The notes beneath the pieces are model-generated. The model was not told the origin of the DNA. It made no database searches and saw only the letters and a program-made list of their open reading frames with translations. DNA of 64,000 bases from the NCBI GenBank assembly GCA_013003535.1, contig JABDIY010000097.1, forward strand, positions 11,970 through 75,969, given 5' to 3'. The translations under genes and the position numbers were made by a program. This document shows positions 1-9,487 of this stretch, in pieces (position 1 is the first letter of the stretch; each line of letters begins with the position of its first letter). The DNA is from Acidimicrobiales bacterium (GTDB taxonomy: Bacteria; Actinomycetota; Acidimicrobiia; Acidimicrobiales; SZUA-35).

Positions 1-1133
1 GTTTTCACCTTGATCTCGTAGGGCTAACGATCGATGAGATCCGGATCGACGACGAGCCGGCACTCTTTATGCGCGACGGGCGAGAAGTGATCATCCGACC
101 GCCGGAACCGATCGAGTCCGGACAGACGGTTGCCGTACTAGTGGCCTACCACGGGACTCCCGAGCCCATTGCCGACCAGGATCTCCCGTTCAACCTGGGC
201 TTCCAGACGCAATCTTGGGGCACGTTCGTTGCATCGGAACCGGTTGGGGCCGCCACCTGGTTCCCCGCCAACGATCATCCGCAAGACAAGGCGTTGTTCA
301 CGATCACCATTTCGGTGCCGGAAGGGACCACTACGGCCGGACCGGGCCAAAGGACCAGTAGCACCACCGCGGAAGGTGTCACTACTGAGACATGGATTGC
401 GGCCGATCCGATGAGTACCTACCTCGCCTCCGTCGCCACCGGAGCCTTTGACGTCTCGATAGAGACCCTGGACTCGGGCCTCGTGATTCGCCATGCGGTG
501 CACGCCGATGCCGCAATCGCCACCGGGACCGAACTGGACACCACGGTCGAAATGATCGCCGCGTTCGAGGAGCGGTTCGGCCCCTACCCATTCGAGAGCT
601 ACGGCATTCTGGTGGTGCCCGAGCAGCTGGGGTTCGCTCTGGAGAACCAAACGTTGAGCCTGTTCGGCACCGACATCATGACGAGTCCAGCGGCCCAACC
701 GATCCTGGCCCACGAGTTGGCCCACCAATGGTTTGGCGACAACGTGTCGCCGGCGGCGTGGGACGACATCTGGTTGAACGAAGGGTTCGCAACCTGGGCG
801 GAGTGGTGGTGGACTGAGCGAATCACCGGAACGAACAACGTGAACACTGCAAGATTCATCCCTCTGGAACCGCTCAAGGGCTTACCAGCATCGGGCCTTT
901 TCGAGATCAACGTGTATTGGCGCGGCGGCTTGACGCTGGAGGCGCTGCGCCGTGATGTTGGCGATGAGATATTCGGACAGATCCTGCGAGAGTGGTCCAA
1001 TCGCTACGGCGGAGGCGTCGCCAGCACCCAGAACTTTTTGGATCTCGTGGAAGAACTTTCGGGCGCTGGTGCTGCGGATCTTGTGAGCCAGTGGATTTTC
1101 GCCCCCACCATGCCCGTGCTCGCCGATGAGTAG
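1..1133 (+). CDS. M1-family zinc aminopeptidase (5' end cut by window edge)
   Basis: The frame is open from nt 3, upstream of the listed ATG (FHLDLVGLTIDEIRIDD...). It has a GFALENQ (GAMEN-type) motif, the HELAHQWFG HEXXH zinc site and the downstream WLNEGFATW glutamate-ligand motif. Confidence 0.85.
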   Translation, partial: FHLDLVGLTIDEIRIDDEPALFMRDGREVIIRPPEPIESGQTVAVLVAYHGTPEPIADQDLPFNLGFQTQSWGTFVASEPVGAATWFPANDHPQDKALFTITISVPEGTTTAGPGQRTSSTTAEGVTTETWIAADPMSTYLASVATGAFDVSIETLDSGLVIRHAVHADAAIATGTELDTTVEMIAAFEERFGPYPFESYGILVVPEQLGFALENQTLSLFGTDIMTSPAAQPILAHELAHQWFGDNVSPAAWDDIWLNEGFATWAEWWWTERITGTNNVNTARFIPLEPLKGLPASGLFEINVYWRGGLTLEALRRDVGDEIFGQILREWSNRYGGGVASTQNFLDLVEELSGAGAADLVSQWIFAPTMPVLADE

Positions 1134-1647
1134 CGCTCGGCGGCGGGCCGTCTATCCGGGGTCGTTCAACCCGCCCACCATCGCCCATCTCGATCTGAGC
1201 CAGGCGGTGATCGAACAGCGAAGCGTGGATGTTGTGGTCTGGAGCATCAGCCGGGTGGCCTTGGGCAAGGAAAGCCACGACGGGCCTACCGTTGAAGAAC
1301 GGTTCGTGGTGATGAACCAAGTGGCAAAAGAATATCCATGGTTGGAGATCCAGGTCACCGACGCCCAACTCTTGGCCGATATCGCGCAAGGTTTCGATGT
1401 CCTGATCATGGGCGCGGACAAGTGGGAGCAAATCAACGAGTTGCAATGGTATGGAGGAGACTCTGCGGCTCGGGATGCGGCGCTGGCGGCGCTCCCGGAG
1501 CTGGCGATCGCCTCCCGGCAGCCCCATGTTGCGCCGGCTGAATACGAGATACAGCTCGAGGGCGTCGAGCTAGTGAGTTCAAGCGCCGCCCGCGCGGGAG
1601 CTCACCACTTGATGCTGCCCCACGCCCGCGCCAGTGGCCTGTGGTAG
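1126..1647 (+). CDS. Cytidylyltransferase-fold nucleotidyltransferase (NadD/NMNAT-like)
   Basis: The N-terminal YPGSFNPPTIAHLDL resembles the GxFxPxHxGH nucleotide-binding motif. The protein is 173 aa and overlaps the upstream gene by 8 nt. Confidence 0.5.
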   Translation: MSSARRRAVYPGSFNPPTIAHLDLSQAVIEQRSVDVVVWSISRVALGKESHDGPTVEERFVVMNQVAKEYPWLEIQVTDAQLLADIAQGFDVLIMGADKWEQINELQWYGGDSAARDAALAALPELAIASRQPHVAPAEYEIQLEGVELVSSSAARAGAHHLMLPHARASGLW

Positions 1648-1650
1648 AGA

Positions 1651-1686
1651 CGCGCTGGCGGCCTGTGAAACCACCGCTCCAGCGCG
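1651..1686. terminator. Candidate bidirectional terminator hairpin between convergent genes
   Basis: CGCGCTGG (1651-1658) pairs with CCAGCGCG (1679-1686), and inner CGG/CCG pairing extends the stem. It lies in the 57-nt gap between the stop at 1647 and the lon stop at 1705. There is no clear U-tract. Confidence 0.35.
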
Positions 1687-1704
1687 GGCCGTGCTATCGC
1701 GGCG

Positions 1705-4089
1705 CTACGCCAACGCCCAACCCAGAACCTGATCGATATCGCGAGCCAGGTGGACGGTTATGTGATCCAGCACCTCAGCCGGAACGTCTTCCAGATCATG
1801 CTCGTTGTCCTTGGGCAGGATCACTTCGCGCAGTCCGGCCCGGTACGCCGCCAGGATCTTCTGTTTTGCGCCACCTATCGGTAACACGCGCCCCTGCAAT
1901 GTGACCTCGCCCGTCATGGCCAGCTCCGGCCTCACGGTTCGGCCCGAAAGAAGGCTGACCAGTGCGGTGGTCATCGTGATGCCTGCCGACGGGCCGTCCT
2001 TGGGCACGCCGCCAGCGGGAAAGTGCACGTGCAGCCGCTGTCCGGCCGGCATCGTCACGCCGAGGCGATCGGCGTGGGCGCTCACCACCGATCGGGCGAT
2101 CGCCGCCGATTCCTTCATCACGTCACCAAGCTGGCCGGTGAGTACCGGCTCGCCTTCGCCCGGAACGAGCGCCATCTCCACGAAAAGAACATCGCCTCCC
2201 GCCCCGGTGACCGCCAGCCCGGTGGCGATACCAGGCCGATCGATCCGATGCTCGACTTCCTCAGACGGGATCGGCCTGCCAAGCAGCTCCCGCAGGTCTT
2301 CGGGGGCGATCACGATCGGCTCGGTCCGGTCCACCCCCTCGGTGGCGATTCTGGTCAACGACTTCCGGAGCGTCTTATCCAAAAGTCGCTCCAGCCGTCG
2401 GACGCCGGCCTCCCGGGTGTAGTCCGACGCAATTGAACGAATCGTGGCCTGGGTGATGACCACCTCACCGTCGCGGAGACCGTTCTGACGCACGAGACGG
2501 GGTAGGAGGTGATCCACGGCGATGGTCGCCTTTTCCGATTCGGTATAACCATCGAGGGTGATGATCTCCAGACGATCCAGAAGTGGACCGGGGATCGTGT
2601 CGAGAACGTTGGCGGTGGCGATGAAGACCACATCGCTCAGATCCAATTCGAATTCCAGGTAGTGATCCCTGAAGCTGTGATTCTGGGCAGGGTCCAGAAC
2701 CTCGAGCAGGGCAGCAGCCGGATCTCCCTGATAGCCGCCACTGACTTTGTCCAGCTCGTCGAGCAGGACAACCGGGTTCATGCTGCCCGCTTCGGTGAGG
2801 GCTCGGACCAGTCGGCCGGGCCGGGCGCCAACATAAGTTCGTCGGTGACCGCGGATTTCCGCTTCATCACGCAGCCCACCGAGAGCGAGCCGCACGAATT
2901 GGCGCCCCAATGCTCGGGCAACCGATTCGCCGAGGCTGGTCTTGCCAACACCGGGTGGCCCCACCAGAGCCAGGATCACGGCGCGCCGCCGGCCCGATCC
3001 AACTTCGGTCAACTCGTTCTCGACACCCCGATCATGGCGGAGCTTTCGAACCGCCAGATGCTCCACCAAACGATCTTTCACATCGTCCAGCCCGGTGTGG
3101 TCCGCATCCAGGATCGCCCGGGCCTCGATGAGATCGAGGTTTTCTTCGGATCTTTCATTCCATGGAACGTCGAAAACGGTGTCCAGCCACGTACGAATCC
3201 AGTTGGACTCCATGGACTCTGTACCCGTCCGGTCAAGGCGATCTATCTCGGTAGTGATGGCCTTTACCGTGGCGGCAGGCATCGATCCTTCCACCTCGCT
3301 CAGCTTCGTGCGGAACTCGCTGACGATGTCGCTGTCTCCTTCGCCCAACTCCTTGCGAATTGCACTCATCTGCCGGCGGAGGATGGCGTCCCGTTGGGTC
3401 TTCTCCAGGTCACCGGTGACCTCGTTCTGAATCCGCTCTCGCATTTCCACTTCGGCAATCGCTTCCTTCACCCAGACCGTTGCCAGCCGGAGTCGCCGAT
3501 CAACGTCGATGGTTTCAAGCAGCGTGATTCGCCGCTCATTGCCAAGTTCGGGCCAGTAGGCAACCGAGTCGGCCAAGGCCGAGGCCGTGGTGAGCTCGCG
3601 AAGAACCCCGGCCATCCGCCTGCCACCAACCCGTTCCAACAAGGCTCCGGCGGCGGCGCGATATTCGCTGGCGAGTGCAGCGGTCTCGCTCGTGCTGGTG
3701 TCGCTGACCGGTTCGGCCTCAACCCACAGCCCGGCGCTGGCACCGATCACTCCGGTTCCGACCCGGGCCCGCTGGTGGGCCTTGATCGTGATCGCCGGTG
3801 TGCCATCGGGCAGTTGGCCGGTGTCTTCAATCGTCGCGATCACCCCAACTCGGGCGAATCGTGTGCCCTCGTCACGCTCGAAGCGCGGGACCAACAGCAG
3901 ACGCTTTGTGGTCGAAGCGGCCTGGACCACAGCGGTGGCTTCCTCCGATTGCAAGGAGATCGTGACCACGGTGTCGGGCAGTATCACGCCATCGGGAAGC
4001 GGCAGAACGGGAAGGGTTTCGAAATCTCTGGTAGTTGGGGGGCCCTCAGCAGGGGAAATGCTGTCAGAGGGTGAAGTGGAGGTTGCCAT
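1705..4089 (-). CDS. lon: ATP-dependent Lon protease
   Basis: 794 aa with a LON N-domain, the GPPGVGKTS Walker A, the LLDELDK Walker B region and the C-terminal PKDGPSAG serine active-site motif. An AAGGA RBS precedes the ATG. Confidence 0.95.
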   Translation of the reverse strand: MATSTSPSDSISPAEGPPTTRDFETLPVLPLPDGVILPDTVVTISLQSEEATAVVQAASTTKRLLLVPRFERDEGTRFARVGVIATIEDTGQLPDGTPAITIKAHQRARVGTGVIGASAGLWVEAEPVSDTSTSETAALASEYRAAAGALLERVGGRRMAGVLRELTTASALADSVAYWPELGNERRITLLETIDVDRRLRLATVWVKEAIAEVEMRERIQNEVTGDLEKTQRDAILRRQMSAIRKELGEGDSDIVSEFRTKLSEVEGSMPAATVKAITTEIDRLDRTGTESMESNWIRTWLDTVFDVPWNERSEENLDLIEARAILDADHTGLDDVKDRLVEHLAVRKLRHDRGVENELTEVGSGRRRAVILALVGPPGVGKTSLGESVARALGRQFVRLALGGLRDEAEIRGHRRTYVGARPGRLVRALTEAGSMNPVVLLDELDKVSGGYQGDPAAALLEVLDPAQNHSFRDHYLEFELDLSDVVFIATANVLDTIPGPLLDRLEIITLDGYTESEKATIAVDHLLPRLVRQNGLRDGEVVITQATIRSIASDYTREAGVRRLERLLDKTLRKSLTRIATEGVDRTEPIVIAPEDLRELLGRPIPSEEVEHRIDRPGIATGLAVTGAGGDVLFVEMALVPGEGEPVLTGQLGDVMKESAAIARSVVSAHADRLGVTMPAGQRLHVHFPAGGVPKDGPSAGITMTTALVSLLSGRTVRPELAMTGEVTLQGRVLPIGGAKQKILAAYRAGLREVILPKDNEHDLEDVPAEVLDHITVHLARDIDQVLGWALA

Positions 4090-4108
4090 GAGGATCCTTA
4101 TTTGCAGT

Positions 4109-4129
4109 GATTACACAATTACATGTAAT
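4109..4129. promoter_or_regulatory. Candidate operator: perfect 12-nt palindrome ATTACATGTAAT plus an upstream GATTACA half-site
   Basis: Read directly: GATTACA (4109-4115), CA, ATTACATGTAAT (4118-4129), in an AT-rich patch of the 135-nt divergent region between lon (start 4089) and the gene starting at 4225. It is flanked by TTGCAG (4102-4107) and TAATCT (4126-4131), which form a -35/-10-like pair 18 nt apart. Confidence 0.3.
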
Positions 4130-4224
4130 CTTCCTTGCAGGTTGTAACGATCTTCCCCGGCTCGTTGTTCCCGTCGATCCAATTTCACAGACCACAAGTC
4201 CACGCCCAATCGAAAGAACGCCCC

Positions 4225-4779
4225 ATGAAGCAGCAAAGCAGTCACCGCAAAGGCCCGAAACGTTATGAAGACCTGCCCGAATGCGACGCCGACTCGGCGG
4301 CCGCCTGGTTCGCTGGTCAACTCCCCGACGACTGGTTCTCCGGCCCAGTTGAGGTGCTAGTGGACCGGGACGAGATCATCGTCACCGGCACTCTTGCCCT
4401 TCCCGAACACATCCCCGACGGCCCTGAGAACATCGAGACTGCGGCCGCGGCCCGAATCGATTCTTGGAGAGAACGGACGCGAAATCAGCGCATGGCCGTA
4501 GCCGACATCGCTCAAGCGCGCTGGCAGCGGCACGTCACCTGGGCGGCGCGCTGTGGCGAGCGGGAAGTTCGCTTCACGTCCGCCGCGGTACCGGTGATGA
4601 CTCGATTGTTGTTCAACGAGCGTGAAGTCCTCGACACACTCATAGACGCCGGGGTTGCCAGATCACGTTCGGAAGCCATGGCGTGGTGTGTGGCCCAGGT
4701 GGGAGAAAACAGGGCCGAGTGGATCGACAAACTTCGAGACGCCATGACCGAAGTGGAAAGAATCCGCAACGAAGGATGA
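4225..4779 (+). CDS. Hypothetical protein (conserved-looking, possible C-terminal ribbon-helix-helix-like region)
   Basis: ORF 4135-4779, trimmed to the internal ATG (MKQQSSHRKG...) because the first 30 codons lie in the AT-rich promoter-like region. I recognised no catalytic motif. Confidence 0.5.
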   Translation: MKQQSSHRKGPKRYEDLPECDADSAAAWFAGQLPDDWFSGPVEVLVDRDEIIVTGTLALPEHIPDGPENIETAAAARIDSWRERTRNQRMAVADIAQARWQRHVTWAARCGEREVRFTSAAVPVMTRLLFNEREVLDTLIDAGVARSRSEAMAWCVAQVGENRAEWIDKLRDAMTEVERIRNEG

Positions 4780-4785
4780 TCGCTA

Positions 4786-4815
4786 CGGGGTCATCGTGCT
4801 GCGCTGCCGACCCCG
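4786..4815. terminator. Candidate hairpin between convergent genes
   Basis: CGGGGTC (4786-4792) pairs with GACCCCG (4809-4815) around a 16-nt loop. It lies in the 60-nt gap between the stops at 4779 and 4840. Confidence 0.3.
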
Positions 4816-4839
4816 GGATCTGAGATGCGCGAAGGGGGG

Positions 4840-5943
4840 TTAGCTCACCCGGTGATGATCAACGTCACGGAGATCGAGTTCAGGGGTGGCATCTTCGAGC
4901 ACTGACCGAACGCGGTTATTCGGCTTCAATCGTTGCGCTACCGCTTTTGGGGAGAACTCCTGCGTGTCATCGACACGAGAACCGTTGACCACCACCTTCT
5001 TCAGCTCGCCCGTAGCGTTGAAGATCGCTTGATTGATCACGGAGCGCCTTTTCCCTCGGTTCAACCCGAGGTTCTCACCGAGAACGAAGTTCACCGCGGC
5101 CCCGATCAGCAAGACCTGGGATGCCAACCACACCCAGGTAAGGGCCAACAGAAACGCACCGATGATCCCGAGGACTGCGCTGGCCCCGCTGCCAAGGCTG
5201 ATCACATCGATGTACTTGGTGTACCCAATTGTAAGCGCCCACCAGAACACCGCCGCCACCAGGGACCCCGGTAAGTCCCATCGCCATTTACTCCGAGTGG
5301 ACGGCCCGTAATGAAAGATCATGCTGGCCCAGAACACCAGGATGGCCAGTGAGACAAGCGGTCGAAGCGATCCCTCCATAGGAAACTCGAACGCATCCCA
5401 GAAGAGCACCTCGAGCAGAACGATGGGAATGATCACCAGCACGGTTCCCAGCCCCAGAATCAGGCCCACGAAGCGGGTGACATACCACGTGCGGCCATCC
5501 ACTACGTCATAGACCGAATCGAGCGCCCGAATCATCCCGGCGAAACCTCGGGAGATCGTGAACAAGGTGAATCCGGCCGCCACCGTGAGCACCTCGGTGG
5601 CGGGTTGATCGAAAAGGGCATTGACGGCCACGATGACCGGTTCGGCATCGGTGGTGAAGGTCTCATTCACGAATTTCAAGACGGCAAAACGAACTTCTTC
5701 GTCGAGTCCGCTTCCGATGATGCGATCCAAGAAGCTGGCACTGGAAACAATGGTCAGAGCGGCTGCGGGCACCGTAATGAGGATCCAGAACGTGACGCCA
5801 GCGGCCAGATCGCCGATGCCGCCGTGGTACCAGACCTTGGCCACGTCCCACACGAATCGTGGGAATGAACGAATAGCTTTGAGTACAGAGTTCACAACGT
5901 CCTGATAATAGGTTCTTCCCGCCCACAAAGGAGGTACCTGCAC
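4840..5943 (-). CDS. YihY/BrkB-family integral membrane protein
   Basis: 367 aa with about 6 hydrophobic helices. The N-terminal DLAAGVTFWILITVPAAAL segment is typical of the YihY (formerly RNase BN-like) family. Confidence 0.7.
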   Translation of the reverse strand: MQVPPLWAGRTYYQDVVNSVLKAIRSFPRFVWDVAKVWYHGGIGDLAAGVTFWILITVPAAALTIVSSASFLDRIIGSGLDEEVRFAVLKFVNETFTTDAEPVIVAVNALFDQPATEVLTVAAGFTLFTISRGFAGMIRALDSVYDVVDGRTWYVTRFVGLILGLGTVLVIIPIVLLEVLFWDAFEFPMEGSLRPLVSLAILVFWASMIFHYGPSTRSKWRWDLPGSLVAAVFWWALTIGYTKYIDVISLGSGASAVLGIIGAFLLALTWVWLASQVLLIGAAVNFVLGENLGLNRGKRRSVINQAIFNATGELKKVVVNGSRVDDTQEFSPKAVAQRLKPNNRVRSVLEDATPELDLRDVDHHRVS

Positions 5944-5980
5944 CCGAGGCCGCGGGAAGCCTCATCCCTAGACTCGACCT

Positions 5981-6652
5981 GTGAGTGAACCGAAGAACAT
6001 TTTTACGTCACGGACTGCGGGCGAAGCATTCATGGTCGACCCTCCCGGCGGCGAATCCGGTGCCGGCGTGCTCGTTCTGCACAGCTGGTGGGGACTCAAC
6101 GACTGGACGAAAGACTTCAGCCGGCGGATCGCGGCACTCGGCTACACGGTGGTGGCGCCGGATCTCTTCGAGGGCGAAAACCCCACAACGGCCGAAGAGG
6201 CCGAGGCGGTCCTCGGCCGCCAAAGCCCTGACGCCATGAGTGGTCTGGTAGTCAGCTCGGCCACCACACTGCGAGCGGTCACCAAACGACCAAACGATCG
6301 GGTTGCGGTTGTGGGCTTGAGCATGGGGGCCTCGCTCGCTATGTGGCTGGCGGCGCGTGCACCACTGGAGGTCTCAGCTGTCGTCAGTTTCTACGGCGCC
6401 CAATCGATTGATTTCGACAAGGCTGACGCCGCATTCCAAGGCCACTATGGCGATTCCGACCACATGGTGAGCGAGGAAGACCGCGTCGTCACCGAGTCGT
6501 TCCTTCGCCTCGGCGACAACACCACAGATTTTCACGTCTATGCCGGAGCCGAGCATTGGTTCATGGAGGACGGGGCAACCTACGATCCCGGAGCCGCCGA
6601 GGCCGCCTTTGCCCGAATGGCGCAGTTCCTCGCCCGCCACCTTGAGCACTAG
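5981..6652 (+). CDS. Dienelactone hydrolase family protein
   Basis: GVLVLHSWWGLNDWTKDFSRRIAALGYTVVAPDLF, then the nucleophile-elbow-like GLSMGASLA, and a C-terminal HWF region. GTG start. Confidence 0.75.
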   Translation: MSEPKNIFTSRTAGEAFMVDPPGGESGAGVLVLHSWWGLNDWTKDFSRRIAALGYTVVAPDLFEGENPTTAEEAEAVLGRQSPDAMSGLVVSSATTLRAVTKRPNDRVAVVGLSMGASLAMWLAARAPLEVSAVVSFYGAQSIDFDKADAAFQGHYGDSDHMVSEEDRVVTESFLRLGDNTTDFHVYAGAEHWFMEDGATYDPGAAEAAFARMAQFLARHLEH

Positions 6653-6723
6653 GCGCTGCTCAATTTGTCGCCCGCCGTGAATCTCAGACCAAGGGATGAA
6701 GAACTGGCCTCTACGCTGATGAA

Positions 6724-7635
6724 GTGAGCACGCTTGTTGTGGCGGAGGGAGTGGCCAAGAGGTACGGAACGTTTTCTGCTCTCAGCGACGTCAATTTCAC
6801 CATTACCAGTGGGATTACTGGCTTGCTGGGGGCCAATGGCACCGGCAAGACCACGCTGCTGGGGATGATGCTCGGGCTGCACCAGATCAGCGGTGGTTCC
6901 CTGATGGTTCTGGGCGTCGACCCGTTCACCGACGGCAGCAAAATTCGGGCCCGGATGGGGTATGCCCCAGAACACCACACTTTGCCCGGTGATGTACGGG
7001 CTGCGGATTTCGTGCATCACGTGGCTGAACTGCATGGACTTCCCCCCCGCGAGGCCCGGACACGGGCAAGCGATGCGTTGTGGCTCGTGGGCCTGGGCGA
7101 AGAGCGATTCCGACCGATGGGAACCATGAGTACCGGCCAACGGCAACGAGTGAAGCTGGCGCAGGCGATAGCACACGACCCATCTCTGGTGTTACTGGAT
7201 GAGCCCACCGATGGCCTTGACCCCGAACAGCGTGATGACATGCTGCACCTGATCAAGACAGTCTCGGAATCGTTCAACATCAGCGTGATTCTCAGCAGCC
7301 ACCTCCTCGATGAGGTGGAGCGGATCTGCGATGCCGCCGTGATCATCGGTGACGGACGAACCCTGGCGGCGGGCACCCTGGACGATCTGCGTGGCACCGG
7401 GGCTGATGTGGTAGTGCAAGTAGGCAGTGAGGCGGAGGCCGAGACCCTGGCCCAGATCCTGAGCGGGCGGGGCGTAGCCCACCAGATCGATGGTCGCACA
7501 GTCATCATTCGTGGCGACGACGAGTCGGTTTTCGATACCGCGCGCGACGCTTGCGCCTCTGCGGCGGTCAGCGTTCACCGACTCAGCCGTCGCCGACTAT
7601 CGCTCGAGGACGTCTATCTGGAGCGAGCATCGTGA
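6724..7635 (+). CDS. ABC transporter ATP-binding protein (ABC-2 type, pair 1)
   Basis: Walker A GANGTGKTT, signature MSTGQRQRV and Walker B LVLLDEPTDGLD. GTG start. Confidence 0.9.
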   Translation: MSTLVVAEGVAKRYGTFSALSDVNFTITSGITGLLGANGTGKTTLLGMMLGLHQISGGSLMVLGVDPFTDGSKIRARMGYAPEHHTLPGDVRAADFVHHVAELHGLPPREARTRASDALWLVGLGEERFRPMGTMSTGQRQRVKLAQAIAHDPSLVLLDEPTDGLDPEQRDDMLHLIKTVSESFNISVILSSHLLDEVERICDAAVIIGDGRTLAAGTLDDLRGTGADVVVQVGSEAEAETLAQILSGRGVAHQIDGRTVIIRGDDESVFDTARDACASAAVSVHRLSRRRLSLEDVYLERAS

Positions 7636-8498
7636 CCGCCGAAATCTATGACCGCGGTTACCGCCGCTACGACGGGCCGCGAACTGGAGTCCGCGGCGCC
7701 ATGACGACTTTGATCAAACACTCGATCCGGCGCAGCCTCGGTCTTGGCCGCTCGGCACGTTTCAAAGTGGTGCCGATACTCATCATCCTGGCTTCTTTCG
7801 TCCCGGCGGTGGTTTTCGTCGGCATCGCTGCACTCATCCCGGCGGCGATCGGCGACGAGTTCCTCCCCACCTATGCCGAGTACTACGGATTCATCATCAC
7901 CACCCTGTATCTCTTCGCCGCATTCATCGCTCCCGATCTCCTCTGCAACGATCGGCGCAGCAGCATGCTGGGCGTCTATCTCGCCTCGCCACTGGATCGC
8001 CGCAGCTACCTTGCCGCCAAGGCCATATCGGTTGCGATCATGTTGGGGATCGTAACGATCGGCCCCCCGCTCTTTCTCATGATCGCCTTCGTTCTCGAAG
8101 GTTCCGGTCCCGGAGGCTTTCTGGAGACTCTGGAGACGGGGGCCAAGATCATCGCTGCCGGCCTGATGATGTCCGCTGTCTACACCGCGGTCTCGTTTGC
8201 GGTCAGCGCCACCACCGACCGATCCGGCACCGCAACCGCGGGAACTCTCGGTGCCCTGGTGGGGAGCACCGCGATCGCCAACATCGTGGTAGAGAACACC
8301 GACGTCTCAGACAACGTTCTCCTGTTCAGTTTGCTCGAACTGCCGGGCGAGTTGGCGTTTCGAATCCACGGCGAGGTCGGAGAATGGCGACCGGGCGCCA
8401 TATCCACCTCAAACATGTGGTTGGCCGTGGCCGGGATTCTGGTGGTCTCCAGCCTCTGGGTATGGAGCCGCTATGGACCACTACTGGTACGCCGATGA
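7632..8498 (+). CDS. ABC-2 type transporter permease (pair 1)
   Basis: Trimmed to the GTG at 7632, which overlaps the upstream TGA as GTGA. The N-terminal IYDRGYRRYDGPRTG is followed by about 6 TM helices. Confidence 0.7.
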   Translation: MTAEIYDRGYRRYDGPRTGVRGAMTTLIKHSIRRSLGLGRSARFKVVPILIILASFVPAVVFVGIAALIPAAIGDEFLPTYAEYYGFIITTLYLFAAFIAPDLLCNDRRSSMLGVYLASPLDRRSYLAAKAISVAIMLGIVTIGPPLFLMIAFVLEGSGPGGFLETLETGAKIIAAGLMMSAVYTAVSFAVSATTDRSGTATAGTLGALVGSTAIANIVVENTDVSDNVLLFSLLELPGELAFRIHGEVGEWRPGAISTSNMWLAVAGILVVSSLWVWSRYGPLLVRR

Positions 8499-9487
8499 GC
8501 CTTCCACCCCCAAGCCCTGCACCACCCATGACGGCTGCCCCGCACCCTGGTTCCGCCGCTCCCCCACCGCCTCCGGCCGGGAACCGCGTTGTGGCTCAAG
8601 GCGTGTCGAAGTCCTTCGGATCCCTCGTAGCCGTGAGCGAGGTGAGCTTTGCCCTCGGCCCCGGCATCACTGCCTTGCTGGGCCCTAACGGTGCTGGGAA
8701 ATCAACGTTGCTGCGAGTGTTGTGTGGCCTCAGCATCCCCACAACCGGGACCGTGACCGTGGTGGGAGGGAACCCGCGGGTGGACCCGGCGGCCCGTTCG
8801 CAGATCGGACTCGTCCCCCAGCAGGACGGGATTTTCGAACGCGACCTCGTTGGTGACTTCGTCAGGATGGCTGCCGTTTTGAGCAACGTGCCCAACCCAG
8901 ACAACGCCGTGGCGGAGGCCCTGGATTCGGTCCAGCTCGACCCGAAGCTCGACCGTCCGCTTGGCACCTACTCCAAAGGTATGCGCCAACGGGCCAAGAT
9001 TGCCGCCGCACTCGTCCATGATCCTTTGGTCCTCTTTCTGGACGAGCCCCTCAATGGTCTGGACCCGAAACAACGCCGATCCATGACAACCCTCTTTCAC
9101 GACCTTGGCGAGGCTGGCCGAACCGTGGTTGTCAGCAGCCATGTCCTCGACGAGGTGGAGCGGTTCGGCTCCAACGTGCTCGTCATCGCCAGGGGTCGCC
9201 TTGCGGCCCAGGGAGACTTCCGCGCCATCCGGGCCTTGATGAATGACCAGCCTCTCCGTTTCAAAATCGACTGCACCGAGACCCGGCAGGTGGCGGCCGC
9301 TCTGATCGCCAACGACGTTGCCAGTGGGGTCCGCATTCACGGGGACAAGATCGAACTGACCACCACCAACGCCTCGGAGTTCCGGAGCGCAGTGGCGCCG
9401 CTCTGTCAGAGCTTGGGCGCCCGGCTCCACGAAATGACCCCCCTCGACGAAGACCTCGAGAGCGTCTTCCGGTATTTGGTGGCGTGA
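8495..9487 (+). CDS. ABC transporter ATP-binding protein (pair 2) with Pro-rich N-terminal extension
   Basis: Trimmed to the ATG at 8495 (ATGA overlap). MSLPPPSPAPP...PPPPPAG is followed by Walker A GPNGAGKST, signature YSKGMRQRA and Walker B LFLDEPLNGLD. Confidence 0.9.
   Translation: MSLPPPSPAPPMTAAPHPGSAAPPPPPAGNRVVAQGVSKSFGSLVAVSEVSFALGPGITALLGPNGAGKSTLLRVLCGLSIPTTGTVTVVGGNPRVDPAARSQIGLVPQQDGIFERDLVGDFVRMAAVLSNVPNPDNAVAEALDSVQLDPKLDRPLGTYSKGMRQRAKIAAALVHDPLVLFLDEPLNGLDPKQRRSMTTLFHDLGEAGRTVVVSSHVLDEVERFGSNVLVIARGRLAAQGDFRAIRALMNDQPLRFKIDCTETRQVAAALIANDVASGVRIHGDKIELTTTNASEFRSAVAPLCQSLGARLHEMTPLDEDLESVFRYLVA

Noticed and set aside
2509-4074. A 521-aa ORF on the + strand, antisense to lon.
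   Set aside because: It is a shadow ORF typical of GC-rich DNA, with Arg/Gly/Pro-rich low-information sequence and no motifs. The opposite strand carries unmistakable Lon motifs.
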